This document shows positions 1 through 9,806 of a stretch of 64,000 nt of DNA, in pieces. The stretch spans positions 12,797 through 76,796 of the forward strand of contig JASJDU010000021.1 in NCBI GenBank assembly GCA_030065015.1, given 5' to 3'. The notes under the pieces are model-generated. The model saw only the letters and a list, made by a program, of their open reading frames with translations, was not told the DNA's origin and ran no database searches. Made by a program: the position numbers and the translations under genes. The first letter of the stretch is position 1. Each line of letters starts with the position of its first letter. The stretch is from Candidatus Caenarcanales bacterium (GTDB lineage Bacteria; Cyanobacteriota; Vampirovibrionia; Caenarcaniphilales; Caenarcanaceae).

Positions 1-848
1 ATCCTTCAATTGAAAAAGAGCATTGGATTATTGACATCGGAATGGCAAAGATGGCTGATACTCCTGAGATTTTTGATGTAATAGTCATGCCAAATTTATA
101 TGGTGATATTGCATCCGATGTAGCAGCTCAAATAGCTGGAAGTGTTGGACTTGCTGGTTCCTCGAATATTGGAGAAGAGTGCTCAATGTTTGAGGCAATC
201 CACGGAAGTGCGCCAAAGAGAGCCGGTCAAAACGTAGCAAATCCATCCGGATTGTTACTTGGTGCAATTCTCATGCTTCAGCACATTGACCAGAACGAAG
301 TTGCAACCAATGTTCATAATGCATGGTTAAAAACAATCGAAGATGGAGTTGGAACCTACGATATCAAAAGAGACGGTGGTAGTGTAAGTACAAGTGAGTT
401 TGCTGACGAAGTAATTAAAAGATTAGGCCAAAAGCCAACTAAGTTAAAAGCGGTTGACTATACTGGTGCTCCATCTCAAAAACCAATGAAGTACCAAGAT
501 ACTGGTAAAGCAATTAAAAGAGAGCTAAACGGTGCAGATGTTTTCATCTGCGCGAAAATTGCAGCCGATGATTTAGGCAAAAAGCTAGAGTCTCTTGCTG
601 GAGAAGACTTGAAATTATCCATGATTAGTAACCGTGGAGCTAAAGTTTATCCAAATGGCTTACCGGAGACTTTTTGTACTGACCACTGGAGATGTAGATT
701 TCTAGTGAAGAATGGAAGTCCAGCAAAGCATTCAGTCATAAGAGATTTGTTGGGAAGAATTGAAGAGGCTGATCTAGAATGGATTAAATTAGAGGGTCTC
801 TATAAGTTTGATGGAGAGAGAGCATACTCTCTAGGCCAAGGCGAATAA
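1..848 (+). CDS. icd: Isocitrate dehydrogenase (IDH/IMDH family), 3' portion; the gene begins upstream of the window
   Basis: The frame is open back to position 3. It contains the family motif PNLYGDIASDVAAQIAGSVGLAGSSNIG and EAIHGSAPKRAGQNVANP. About 135 extra C-terminal residues follow the dehydrogenase core, as in the long Thermus-type IDHs. Confidence 0.85.
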   Translation, partial: PSIEKEHWIIDIGMAKMADTPEIFDVIVMPNLYGDIASDVAAQIAGSVGLAGSSNIGEECSMFEAIHGSAPKRAGQNVANPSGLLLGAILMLQHIDQNEVATNVHNAWLKTIEDGVGTYDIKRDGGSVSTSEFADEVIKRLGQKPTKLKAVDYTGAPSQKPMKYQDTGKAIKRELNGADVFICAKIAADDLGKKLESLAGEDLKLSMISNRGAKVYPNGLPETFCTDHWRCRFLVKNGSPAKHSVIRDLLGRIEEADLEWIKLEGLYKFDGERAYSLGQGE

Positions 849-866
849 GGAAATATTAGATTGAGG

Positions 867-907
867 AAAAAAGAGCTTATTGAAACACTCAATAAGCTCT
901 TTTTTGT
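867..907. terminator. Bidirectional rho-independent terminator between convergent icd and decarboxylase genes
   Basis: Perfect 13-bp stem AAGAGCTTATTGA (871-883) / TCAATAAGCTCTT (889-901) with loop AACAC. It is flanked by an A-run on the left and a T-run on the right. Confidence 0.8.
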
Positions 908-917
908 TAGATTTTGA

Positions 918-2363
918 TTACTTGTATGAATCTACAAACTTCTCTCCACCTGAAGACGGAGTATATGGAACCTCATCTAGTTCTTCATAAATATCATCTT
1001 CATATACTTCCTCAAAGTAATCTTCTTTTTTTACTTGATTATTATTAACAGTTGAAGATGCTGCTTTGGATGGTTGAGCAATTGGTGGTATAAACTCTTT
1101 ATAACCAGGGAAATCAACGGGAATGCCTGGAGGACATTTGAACCTTATCTTTGGATTGTCTGACAGAAAAAAGCCTCTCCGCGGATTTAAAACGCTTTTG
1201 AAACTTTTTTTTTCCGCAAATTGAGCAATAATGCTCTCTTCTTTTTCTTTTTTTGTTTTCTTTAAAGCTACTGCAATTTTGAATATTCTCTTCAATTGTC
1301 TCAATCTATGGCTCTTCACATCAAAACCAACTAACAAAAGTATCCACTTATTGCCATGTAATTCTGTTTCAATTTTGTAGTTATCATATAGCCAATTACT
1401 GAGCTCTTCCCCACCCCAATCTTTTAAAGAAATTACTAAACGACTAGGATCATTGTTCTCTAAGAAGTCAATTCCTTCAATTTGTCTAAGTTGAGCTCTT
1501 AAGTTTTGGGAAGTAAGCGCCTGCTTTATCAAAGGATTCAAGCTACGTTTTAAATGACTTAAAGTTTCGATTAAGCTTGCTAGTAACAGATAAGAGGGAC
1601 TGGTTGTTTGTAGAAGACTCATACAAGCAGCAACTTTCTTACTATTCATCAATTCTGACTGAAAGTGCATTAAACCGGTTTGTGTTAAAGAGCCTAAGGA
1701 TTTGTGACCCGAGTGAATAATTAAATCAGCGCAGCTATTAATCGCACCAACTCCATTGCCTAATAAGCTCAAATGTGCTCCATGAGATTCATCAGCAATC
1801 ACTGGAATATTATTTTCATGGCAAACCTCTACCAATCGATCTAACTTACATTGGATACCTTCGTATGTCTGAGAAGTAACAAAACAGCCTTTGATATCTT
1901 TATTAGAGCGTATTAAATCTTCGATTTTGTTTATATCTATATCTCTATAAACCCCCCACTCTTTATCCCATTCGGGTTCATACCAAATTGGATCCGCTCC
2001 ACTCAATATGAGTCCTGACAAAACACTTTTATGTGCATTCATCGGAACTAAAACCTTACCCCCTTCTCCCAGAGCAAGGCAAGCTGCCATTAAACAGCCA
2101 GAAGCACCATTGACCGATAAATAAGTTTCTTCGACTTGAAATAATTCCGCAGAGTCTTCTTGAATTTTTTTTATTAGACCTTCAGGGTTATGTAAATCAT
2201 CTAATCCGTTCAACTCACTCAAATCATATTTGAATAAATTATTAAAAGATCTCGGAAGAAATAAGTTAGAGCCAGCATGGATTGGAGTATGAGTACGTAT
2301 TGATTTGCTTGAAGCAATATCGTTTAGTTTCTTAACAAATGCAGAATTTCTTGACGAATACAT
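918..2363 (-). CDS. Orn/Lys/Arg decarboxylase-family PLP-dependent enzyme with an acidic C-terminal tail
   Basis: Fold-type I PLP motifs are present: NGASGCLMAACLAL, IADESHGAHL and HSGHKSLGSLTQTG (the HK lysine is the Schiff-base site). The last 60 aa or so form a D/E/Y-rich tail. Confidence 0.75.
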   Translation of the reverse strand: MYSSRNSAFVKKLNDIASSKSIRTHTPIHAGSNLFLPRSFNNLFKYDLSELNGLDDLHNPEGLIKKIQEDSAELFQVEETYLSVNGASGCLMAACLALGEGGKVLVPMNAHKSVLSGLILSGADPIWYEPEWDKEWGVYRDIDINKIEDLIRSNKDIKGCFVTSQTYEGIQCKLDRLVEVCHENNIPVIADESHGAHLSLLGNGVGAINSCADLIIHSGHKSLGSLTQTGLMHFQSELMNSKKVAACMSLLQTTSPSYLLLASLIETLSHLKRSLNPLIKQALTSQNLRAQLRQIEGIDFLENNDPSRLVISLKDWGGEELSNWLYDNYKIETELHGNKWILLLVGFDVKSHRLRQLKRIFKIAVALKKTKKEKEESIIAQFAEKKSFKSVLNPRRGFFLSDNPKIRFKCPPGIPVDFPGYKEFIPPIAQPSKAASSTVNNNQVKKEDYFEEVYEDDIYEELDEVPYTPSSGGEKFVDSYK

Positions 2364-2525
2364 TAACTCAGTCCCTAAGTCTTTTCCCTGATAAAAATAC
2401 GGATTAAAAATCTTACTTGAAAACCGTTGTTTTTATCTCTTTTTAAGAGCTTCTTAATGAGCCAATAAAACAAATGACATACCATAAATGGTAAAGATAT
2501 AGAATTTTAATCTCTGTTCCAATAT

Positions 2526-4238
2526 TTGTTTCTTCAACAAATTGCTCTATGGAAGGAAAAGCCCGAAATGTCAGTATCGGCACAAATTAACAATTTTACA
2601 GGTGCACAAACTTCTGCTTCCCAGGGAATAGGAGAAATATCTACAGCACAAATAACTACATCAACAAAAAGCAAACAAAGAGACAGCATAGAAATCACAC
2701 AAAGTCCAAAAGATATCATAAGACTCAAAAAAGCACTTTTGAGGCAACAAATTTCAGAGTTAATAACTAATTCCAAAATATCTATTGACCAAGCAAAAGG
2801 AATAAAAAAGCTATGGAATGAAAAAATAGTCAGTGGACTAGGACTCGAAAAAAACTCAAAGCTGAAGAACCTAGAAGGAACTGAGTTTAAGGATATTTCA
2901 GGACACATTGATGAAATACAATTTAGATCTCTCATCAAACCAAAATCTATAAAAGATTATATATGGAAAGCAATACCAGACAAATTTGAAGCACCGGATT
3001 CAACTGACATCAAAGATATTGGAAATAATGATCTTAAATGGCGTGATTTTCGAGAAGGTATAAGTTATGAGGATAAATATTTCCAAAGGTTGAAGGATCA
3101 TTACGATTTGGACATCTTAGGCACAGAATTCAACTTAAAACGAATAAAGCTTCTTGAAACTAATGGTTGGAAAATGTGTAACGGAGATGTCTGTGTTCAA
3201 TTGACAGCAGATCAAATAGAAACCTTAAATCAGAATCGCAAAGTTTTAGAAAAAGAAGTTAGTGAGCAGAAAAAAGCCAAAGAACAAATGGATGCTTTAT
3301 CAATAACATTGAGGCTAACTAAAACCGCAAAAAACATCTTAAATACTGATGGAGAAAAACATATAAACAAAAACTTCATTCAAAAGTACATTAAGGAAAT
3401 TAAAGAAACCCCACCTCACAAAAGATTAATTGTATTAGAAAAGTTAAAGAGACAAGTCGGAGATTTGCTAAACGATTTTTATAAATTTCAAAACGTAACT
3501 CTTCAAAAGTTTGACGGAATTAAAGATAAATTTGATACTTCGAATCAAAAAACTATAGAGCAATTTGTATCAAGAATTTTTGACAAATTAACAATTGAGT
3601 TTGGTGAAGGTTTCGGCAACTTTATAGCGAGCAATCACAATTTACCGAGCAATATAAAAAATCCCCTCGGAGAAATTCCAGACTCAAATTTAAGCAACAT
3701 AACTAATCCTCAAATTAAAGAAGGATATAAAAACCTTTATAGCTTATTTGCAGATGTTTATAACGGAAAAGCGAAACTCAGCTTTCAATCGCTATCAGCC
3801 CCAAACATATTACCCAAAATACAAGAGCAGTTAAATAAAGACAAAACACCAAATACTGTTGACAAAAAAGATTATCCCGAAGATCTTCAAGATAAAAAAG
3901 AAACTTTATCTCCAACTTTCATTATGGATAAGGATATTAACATTAAAGTTGTTGAGTCTACCAAAAAGGCTTTTGATACATTCTTTGTTGATGAGAAAAA
4001 AGTAAGCGATGTTGGTGTTCAAGTGGGTTTTGTGCCTTTTGCTTCTAATAAAGAAAATCAAAATAAAGTCGAATTAATATTAAATTCTCCTAAGTATTCA
4101 AAGCTATTCAACTTCCCATCATCGGATAAAATCGACTGGAATACTGCCTTGTTGAGCAGAGTAATGTACTTATACAACCAATTTGTAAACTCAATGAAAA
4201 GCAAAACTCAAGAAAAAATCGACAAAATAAGCTTATGA
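2526..4238 (+). CDS. Hypothetical K/N/E-rich protein with no recognisable domain
   Basis: Long uninterrupted ORF. The track start is TTG; ATG at 2568 preceded by GGAAGGA (2551-2557) is the more likely start. No TM segment or signal peptide is visible. Confidence 0.6.
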   Translation: MFLQQIALWKEKPEMSVSAQINNFTGAQTSASQGIGEISTAQITTSTKSKQRDSIEITQSPKDIIRLKKALLRQQISELITNSKISIDQAKGIKKLWNEKIVSGLGLEKNSKLKNLEGTEFKDISGHIDEIQFRSLIKPKSIKDYIWKAIPDKFEAPDSTDIKDIGNNDLKWRDFREGISYEDKYFQRLKDHYDLDILGTEFNLKRIKLLETNGWKMCNGDVCVQLTADQIETLNQNRKVLEKEVSEQKKAKEQMDALSITLRLTKTAKNILNTDGEKHINKNFIQKYIKEIKETPPHKRLIVLEKLKRQVGDLLNDFYKFQNVTLQKFDGIKDKFDTSNQKTIEQFVSRIFDKLTIEFGEGFGNFIASNHNLPSNIKNPLGEIPDSNLSNITNPQIKEGYKNLYSLFADVYNGKAKLSFQSLSAPNILPKIQEQLNKDKTPNTVDKKDYPEDLQDKKETLSPTFIMDKDINIKVVESTKKAFDTFFVDEKKVSDVGVQVGFVPFASNKENQNKVELILNSPKYSKLFNFPSSDKIDWNTALLSRVMYLYNQFVNSMKSKTQEKIDKISL

Positions 4239-4297
4239 TTGATTGAATTATTAAAAGCAACATCATTTCATTACTCAATAGAAGCTTTCATTTTTTT

Positions 4298-4801
4298 ATG
4301 TTTCCACTTGAACCAACATATTTTATAGACGACACGGTAGAAAATCTTGATGTGAATCAACTAATTGCTGACGGTGTGAAGGGACTAATACTGGATTTAG
4401 ACAATACAATAATGAGGCCTCGTGCAGGTTACTTTTGTGATGCAGTACTGCCCTGGCTGGAAAAAGCCAGAGGGCTAGGACTAAAACTGATTATTGTTAC
4501 TAACAACAAGAATGATCAATATCTTAAAGAAGTTGAGCCAATAATAGAACAACATCAGATACTAATGATTACCAAGGCGAAAAAACCAAGAAGATTAAAA
4601 TTGAGAGAGGCTTTGGAGCAAATAGAATTACCACCTCAAAATGTTTGTATAGTTGGAGATAGAGTTTTAACCGATATCTTAGGTGGAAGAAGGCTGGGAA
4701 TGAAAACAGCTTTTGTAAGACCTTTGTTGGGAAATGAAGAGAATCGGTTATTTAGATTTCTTCGTAAAATTGAATTACTCTTACTCTGCAAGCCTCATTA
4801 A
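4298..4801 (+). CDS. HAD-IIIA family phosphatase, YqeG-like
   Basis: HAD motifs are present: LILDLDNT (motif I), IVTNN (motif II), and KKP...IVGDRVLTDILGGRRLGMKTAFVRPL (motifs III/IV). Length is about 167 aa. Confidence 0.8.
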   Translation: MFPLEPTYFIDDTVENLDVNQLIADGVKGLILDLDNTIMRPRAGYFCDAVLPWLEKARGLGLKLIIVTNNKNDQYLKEVEPIIEQHQILMITKAKKPRRLKLREALEQIELPPQNVCIVGDRVLTDILGGRRLGMKTAFVRPLLGNEENRLFRFLRKIELLLLCKPH

Positions 4802-4924
4802 AGAGTCTTCTTGAGCAAAGTTTCAAACATAGATTAGTTAGAATTTAAGGCATTAGTGACAAGACAAATGTTGGTTATAGTTATAATCTTTTCTAATATT
4901 TGTGAGCTTAACTGAGCAATTTTT

Positions 4925-5935
4925 GTGAGACGTATGAGATTTTATAAGTTTTTTTTAGTAGCTTTACTTTTTACATTTTCTAGCACTTTGTTACAAGGCT
5001 GCTTTTTGGATGATTACTTCAATAATCTTCAAATGGATAAAGCTAATGACTTTTATAAAAAACAAAATTACAAGCAAGCAATAATTGAATTCAATAAGTT
5101 AATTGACAAGCAGCCGAGCTCCATTGCTTACTTCAAAAGAGGAGTTTCAAAGATTAAAACTGGTCAATTTGCTAACTCAATTGAGGATTTCGATTTGGCT
5201 ATTGAATTATCCCCAGAAATGGAACAAGCTTACAGCCAAAGAGGTTTAGCAAAAGCAAACACAGGAAAACCAGAAGAGGCCCTCCAAGATTTTGACAAAG
5301 CTTTAGAGATCAATCCCGACTATGTTGACGCTTATAATAGTCGTGGCTTTGCAAAACTATCACTCAAAAGGCTGGATGAAGCAATTGAAGATTTTGATAA
5401 GGTTATTGAACTTAAACCAAACTTAGCCGATGGTTATAACAATCGTTGCTTAATGAAGATCAATCTAGCGAAATTCAATGAAGCAATTGAAGATTGTGAT
5501 AAAGCACTTGAGTTGAATTCCAAGTTATCCAACGCTTTTGCTAATAGAGGTTTTGCTTTCCTCAATTTAAAACAACCTAAAAAAGCTCTCCAAGATTTTA
5601 ATTCAGTTATTGAGTTGGAACCAAAATCAGTTACCGCTTATAATAACCGAATAATGGTAAAAGCTGTCTTAAAAGATTTAGATGGGATAGTTAGTGATTG
5701 TAATACAATAATCGCTATTGATCCAAACTTTGCTTTAGCCTATAACAACCGAGGATTTGCAAAAGCTAATTTAAAAAACTTTGATAGTGCACAAAAAGAT
5801 TTTCAAAAAGCAAAAGAATTGTTTGAGATACAAAATAATAAAGGTCCAGACTACCAATTAGCGCTTGACAATATCAAAATTCTCAAAGCAATGAAAGGAA
5901 ACAATAAAGGGAAACTTAAGCAAAAACGAGTGTAA
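4925..5935 (+). CDS. TPR-repeat lipoprotein
   Basis: Signal peptide with lipobox LLQGC, followed by about 8 tandem 34-aa TPR units (recurring AxxDFxKAIELxPxxxxAYxNRG). ATG at 4934 is the likely true start. Confidence 0.85.
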   Translation: MRRMRFYKFFLVALLFTFSSTLLQGCFLDDYFNNLQMDKANDFYKKQNYKQAIIEFNKLIDKQPSSIAYFKRGVSKIKTGQFANSIEDFDLAIELSPEMEQAYSQRGLAKANTGKPEEALQDFDKALEINPDYVDAYNSRGFAKLSLKRLDEAIEDFDKVIELKPNLADGYNNRCLMKINLAKFNEAIEDCDKALELNSKLSNAFANRGFAFLNLKQPKKALQDFNSVIELEPKSVTAYNNRIMVKAVLKDLDGIVSDCNTIIAIDPNFALAYNNRGFAKANLKNFDSAQKDFQKAKELFEIQNNKGPDYQLALDNIKILKAMKGNNKGKLKQKRV

Positions 5936-6020
5936 TACTCGCTAAGTCTTTCATTTGAAATTCAATTTCAAGGTGATTTACCCGACTTCTTTGGGAATCA
6001 AATAAAAAGAAGTCACAGCT

Positions 6021-6434
6021 TTGAATAAAATGGATTTTCGTACAGCCTCTGAAAAACTTGATTCGGGACAAACAAATCAAGAAGAAATAACCAATCAAAT
6101 CTTAAACCTTCCATGTATTTATGGAATATTCAAAGATCAATCAAAAATATTTTGTCTAGAAGTAAACAATAAACAGACCAACGGTGAAATTACTGTTGCA
6201 TTATTATATTCAAACCTAAAAATTGCAGTTGAAGCCACCTCAAGCTTTAAAATTCCTAATAATTGGTATGTTGCTCAATGGTCGGATATTGAAGAAGCTC
6301 TCAAGGCATGTTCTGAATTATCAATAGACGCCGTTGCTTTTGATAGCATTCCTCAAGAAGATACCCTAAGTGGCTTGGTAATAGACAAAGACTCTTTAAA
6401 AGAACTAATCTGGTTATCACATTCAACCCATTAA
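6021..6434 (+). CDS. Hypothetical protein
   Basis: ORF only, with no motif recognised. ATG at 6030 is the probable start. Confidence 0.45.
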   Translation: MNKMDFRTASEKLDSGQTNQEEITNQILNLPCIYGIFKDQSKIFCLEVNNKQTNGEITVALLYSNLKIAVEATSSFKIPNNWYVAQWSDIEEALKACSELSIDAVAFDSIPQEDTLSGLVIDKDSLKELIWLSHSTH

Positions 6435-6594
6435 ATCATTATTCAAAGTTTGATTTTCAGATTTCACTATCTCTTCAGTTAAAGTAGTTCGATTAATTCT
6501 TTTTGTAGGAAGGGTAATTTTTGAGAAGTCACTTTGTTAGTGCGAAAAGAGCTTATCGGTGGAATAATTTATTTATTCGAAAATTTAAACTTAG

Positions 6595-8415
6595 TTGAAA
6601 ACTTTCAGTAAAGAGGCTTATTTATCTTTAGATGATGAAGATCGCGAGAGCTACACTTCTGAACAATTTTCGCATGAATTGAAGCAGTATTTAGATAAAG
6701 CAATTCATTCACCAACAATACAAATACTTGATTTGAGTGGATTAATCTTTCCACGGGGTTTTATTTTTAACTTGGTTGATTATTTGCCAAATAGCGAGGT
6801 TAAGAATCATAAAAAATGCGACAAAATCATTTTGGCAAAAAACGTTATTTTTTCAGGTAATGTTAGCTTCACTAATGTTGAGTTCTTGCAAGACGTTGAT
6901 TTTGAGAATACTGAGTTCTGTTTAAGAGCTGTTTTCAATGGAGCGAGATTTCATAAAGATGTAAATTTCTCGGGAGTGAATTTTTACCGGCAAGCTAATT
7001 TTGCAAAATCAGAGTTTTTGCTGTCATCTAGTCCAAATTTTTACCACTGTCGTTTCCATGAAATAGTTACCTTTGCAGAAGCTAAGTTTCAGACTACCTC
7101 TGACATTGTTTTCGACTATTCCACCTTCAAAGGAATAGCTTTTTTCAACAGTATTCATTTCCAGGGCAAAGCAACCTTTGCAAACTCAAAATTTGAAGGT
7201 ACCTGTAACATGAGTTACACCGATTTTGTCTGTGGGGGACGTTTTTCGGGAGCTGAATTCCAAAAGCTAGCAAGATTCACAAGCATAAAAGTTAAAGGGC
7301 AACTGGATTTTTTGAGGACTTCTTTTGCTGAAAATTGCCTACTCAATCATCTACATTTTAAAGATGGAGGAAAAATCAAATTCGATGATTTAGGTGTTCT
7401 AGAGAGTACTCGCATTGTTGTTGGTTCAATTGACTCAGTTGAAGTACAGTCTAATAGAAAGAGAAAGAATGAGCTAATAAACTTTGAACATTTTAGTGTT
7501 ATTTTGGATAGTCCAACGATTGTTGTGAAGGATTGCAAAAGCTGCCCCGAAGATGTACCCATTCTCAAGTTCGAAAATTGCTTTGTTGAACGAGGAGCAA
7601 TCCGCTTCGAAAACTGTGATTTAACTTATATTGAAAACTTCATTTCTGCAGATCAAAGAATCTTTGATGCTTTTGCCTTTAAAAACTGTGATCTGCCAAA
7701 ACAATCACCTCCACATTTGTTCTTACCCTTTATGTTGGAGCTGAGCACCATTGATAACTTTGAGGAAGGACGGACTCTATGGAACCTTTTAAAGAAAAAT
7801 TTCACTCTTTCCTATCGTTTGAATAAAGCAAAGCTTAGAAAGACGCTTTTGCAAAAATTTGCAGAACAAAAGGCAAATCTCGCCAGGCGGAGAAAAGAAA
7901 AATACGCCTTCTTAAAAGCTGATGCAGAACATCACGGAGATAGCCAATTAGCTTCAGACTTTTTCTTTAGCCAAATGTATTGGGCAAATATAGAAAAAGC
8001 TACTTTTGCAAATTCAATTTATTATTCTTTGAGTGGTTATGGACTGAGTTGGTTTAGACCCTGTGTAACTTTTTGTAGTGTATTTTTAGTATCATTCTTT
8101 ATCTTTTTTTTAATTCACTTCACTCGTATGTCCCCTCCCGGGATAGAATGTGAAACCAGTAATTTGCTTTGCGAAGTAACAGCCCTGTTCACCAGAGCAG
8201 ATCATTTCATCCCAGTGCCTTTAGGACTATCTATTTTGGCCTCCTCTCCAATGCCAGTTGATTTATATGTAATCAGGATTATTGAACTTGCCGATAAGCA
8301 AGTTACCGCTTGGCAATTGGTTCTAACCTTCTTATTTTACGTACCTCAAAAAGTTTTACAGCTTTTTTCTCTTTTCGAGTTTGGTGCAGCAATTCGGAAT
8401 AAAGTTAAAAGATAA
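6595..8415 (+). CDS. Pentapeptide-repeat protein with C-terminal transmembrane region
   Basis: About 200 aa of A(D/N)(L/F)xx-type pentapeptide repeats (e.g. FSGNVSFTNVEFLQDVDFENTEFCLRAVFNGARFHKDVNFSGVNFYRQANFAKSEF). The C-terminal 150 aa contain hydrophobic helices (FCSVFLVSFFIFFLIHF; WQLVLTFLFYV). TTG start. Confidence 0.75.
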   Translation: MKTFSKEAYLSLDDEDRESYTSEQFSHELKQYLDKAIHSPTIQILDLSGLIFPRGFIFNLVDYLPNSEVKNHKKCDKIILAKNVIFSGNVSFTNVEFLQDVDFENTEFCLRAVFNGARFHKDVNFSGVNFYRQANFAKSEFLLSSSPNFYHCRFHEIVTFAEAKFQTTSDIVFDYSTFKGIAFFNSIHFQGKATFANSKFEGTCNMSYTDFVCGGRFSGAEFQKLARFTSIKVKGQLDFLRTSFAENCLLNHLHFKDGGKIKFDDLGVLESTRIVVGSIDSVEVQSNRKRKNELINFEHFSVILDSPTIVVKDCKSCPEDVPILKFENCFVERGAIRFENCDLTYIENFISADQRIFDAFAFKNCDLPKQSPPHLFLPFMLELSTIDNFEEGRTLWNLLKKNFTLSYRLNKAKLRKTLLQKFAEQKANLARRRKEKYAFLKADAEHHGDSQLASDFFFSQMYWANIEKATFANSIYYSLSGYGLSWFRPCVTFCSVFLVSFFIFFLIHFTRMSPPGIECETSNLLCEVTALFTRADHFIPVPLGLSILASSPMPVDLYVIRIIELADKQVTAWQLVLTFLFYVPQKVLQLFSLFEFGAAIRNKVKR

Positions 8416-8464
8416 AAAGCTTTCAAAACCTTGATTTCAAACTACATAGAGTCTTTATTTGCGG

Positions 8465-9087
8465 TCTACCGGACAAAAAGAAGAGAGCCTGATGATCAGT
8501 GGGATTGATTGCTTAGAGATGGATTTGAGAGAAAATGAATGTGCTTAGTTAAAAGTACATAAAAATGGCGAGAAGAAAATGTTCAAAGTGCGGTTCAACA
8601 AAAATAATTAAAAAGGGATAAAAAACAATAAACAACGATACCAGTGCAAGATTTGCAACTATAAGCTCGTTTTCAGAATTAAAGTAAATTACCAAAAGTC
8701 TACAAAGATTACACAACAGGCAAGCCAGCCTATGAAAGGCTGGAAGCTAAGCATAGTCAATCAAAGAAAACATTACGAAGCATTTTGATAATTTAAATAT
8801 TCTTGAATCAAAAAGCTATTTCAAAGAGAAAGAAAAGATAAACTTAGTCTTTTAAGGCTGTCATCTTGGAAAAGAGTTTGTCGTTCTCTTTTGTAAAAAC
8901 CGGAAAAAGAACCTTGATTGGATGTTCAGAGAATCCGAGAAAGTAATTTATTACGAAGAGGTTTTGAACAAACTGAACAAGCAATACGCTTTAACAGGTT
9001 TCACTCGGAGATCATCTACAGAGGAAGATTTAGATGATTAATCACATTTTAGCTTCGCAATTCAGGTCACTTTTTGTCAGATAGGTC
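8465..9087 (+). mobile_element. Decayed IS/transposase remnant (pseudogene fragments bounded by imperfect inverted repeats)
   Basis: ATG at 8565 encodes MARRKCSKCGSTKIIKKG then stops at 8619. The -1 frame continues KNNKQRYQCKICNYKLVF, completing a CxxC...CxxC zinc ribbon typical of IS1/IS1595-type transposase N-termini. A third frame reads VYKDYTTGKPAYERLEAKHSQSKKTLRSIL (HTH-like). The ends TCTACCGGACAAAAAG (8465-8480) and the reverse complement of 9070-9085 (CCTATCTGACAAAAAG) match at 13/16 positions. Confidence 0.5.
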
Positions 9088-9122
9088 CTAAATTCTATTA
9101 ACAGAGACTTCTTGGCCTTTTA

Positions 9123-9163
9123 AACAAAAATACCTTCCAAGAAGAATTGTATCGATTGGAAGG
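9123..9163 (-). terminator. Probable rho-independent terminator of yceI
   Basis: 8-bp stem CCTTCCAA (9133-9140) / TTGGAAGG (9156-9163). On the minus strand it is followed by a T-rich tract (TATTTTTGTTT). Confidence 0.5.
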
Positions 9164-9197
9164 CATTACTGTTTAATACTAATGAAATTAGTGCTAA

Positions 9198-9806
9198 TTA
9201 TTTTTTATCAGCTTCGATTTCAAGATAAATTTCTACTTCTTCTCCAACAAGAAATCCTCCGGCTTCAAGCTGCTTGTTCCAAGTTAATCCATAATCTTTT
9301 CTATTAATCTTTGTGTCTGCAGTAAAAGCTACTTTTTCTACGCCATCAAAGGGAGATACTGCTTTCCCATTGTATTTAGCCTTTAAAACTACTGGTTGAG
9401 TAACACCATGAAGGGTTAAATTACCAATAATATCGAAGGTTTTATCACCAGTGACTTTTATTTTTTCAGACTCAAACTTCATTTCTGGATAATCAGCGAC
9501 ATTGAAAAAGTCTTTAGATTTTAAATGCTCATCCCTTTTTTTAATACCAGTATCGACACTTGACAAATCAATTGAGACATTTGTATTAGCATTCTTTATT
9601 TCTTTGGGTTCTGTAAAAAAATCATCAAAATTAATTATTCCTTCAAATTTGTTGAACCGTCCTGGAACCTTTGTAATTCCTAGATGTCCGACCTTAAAAG
9701 TTACGTTGCTGTGTGCATTGTCTATCTTATAAGTTTCTGCAATTGCACCTTCATTAAGACTGAAAGTCAAAAATGTAAAAAGTAATCCGATTGCTAGTTT
9801 TTTCAT
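9198..9806 (-). CDS. yceI: YceI-family periplasmic polyisoprenoid-binding protein
   Basis: Signal peptide, then YKIDNAHSNVTFKVGHLGITKVPGRFNKFEG and LTLHGVTQPVVL, which are characteristic YceI lipocalin-like motifs. Confidence 0.9.
   Translation of the reverse strand: MKKLAIGLLFTFLTFSLNEGAIAETYKIDNAHSNVTFKVGHLGITKVPGRFNKFEGIINFDDFFTEPKEIKNANTNVSIDLSSVDTGIKKRDEHLKSKDFFNVADYPEMKFESEKIKVTGDKTFDIIGNLTLHGVTQPVVLKAKYNGKAVSPFDGVEKVAFTADTKINRKDYGLTWNKQLEAGGFLVGEEVEIYLEIEADKK

Noticed and set aside
430-848. About 135-aa C-terminal extension on isocitrate dehydrogenase as a novel fusion
   Set aside because: Long-form IDHs with an extra C-terminal domain are already known (Thermus-type), so this is probably the same family and not novel.
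8565-8621. Short zinc-ribbon ORF as an intact small gene
   Set aside because: It stops after 18 codons in the middle of a CxxC...CxxC ribbon that continues in the -1 frame. It is better explained as a frameshifted transposase fragment.
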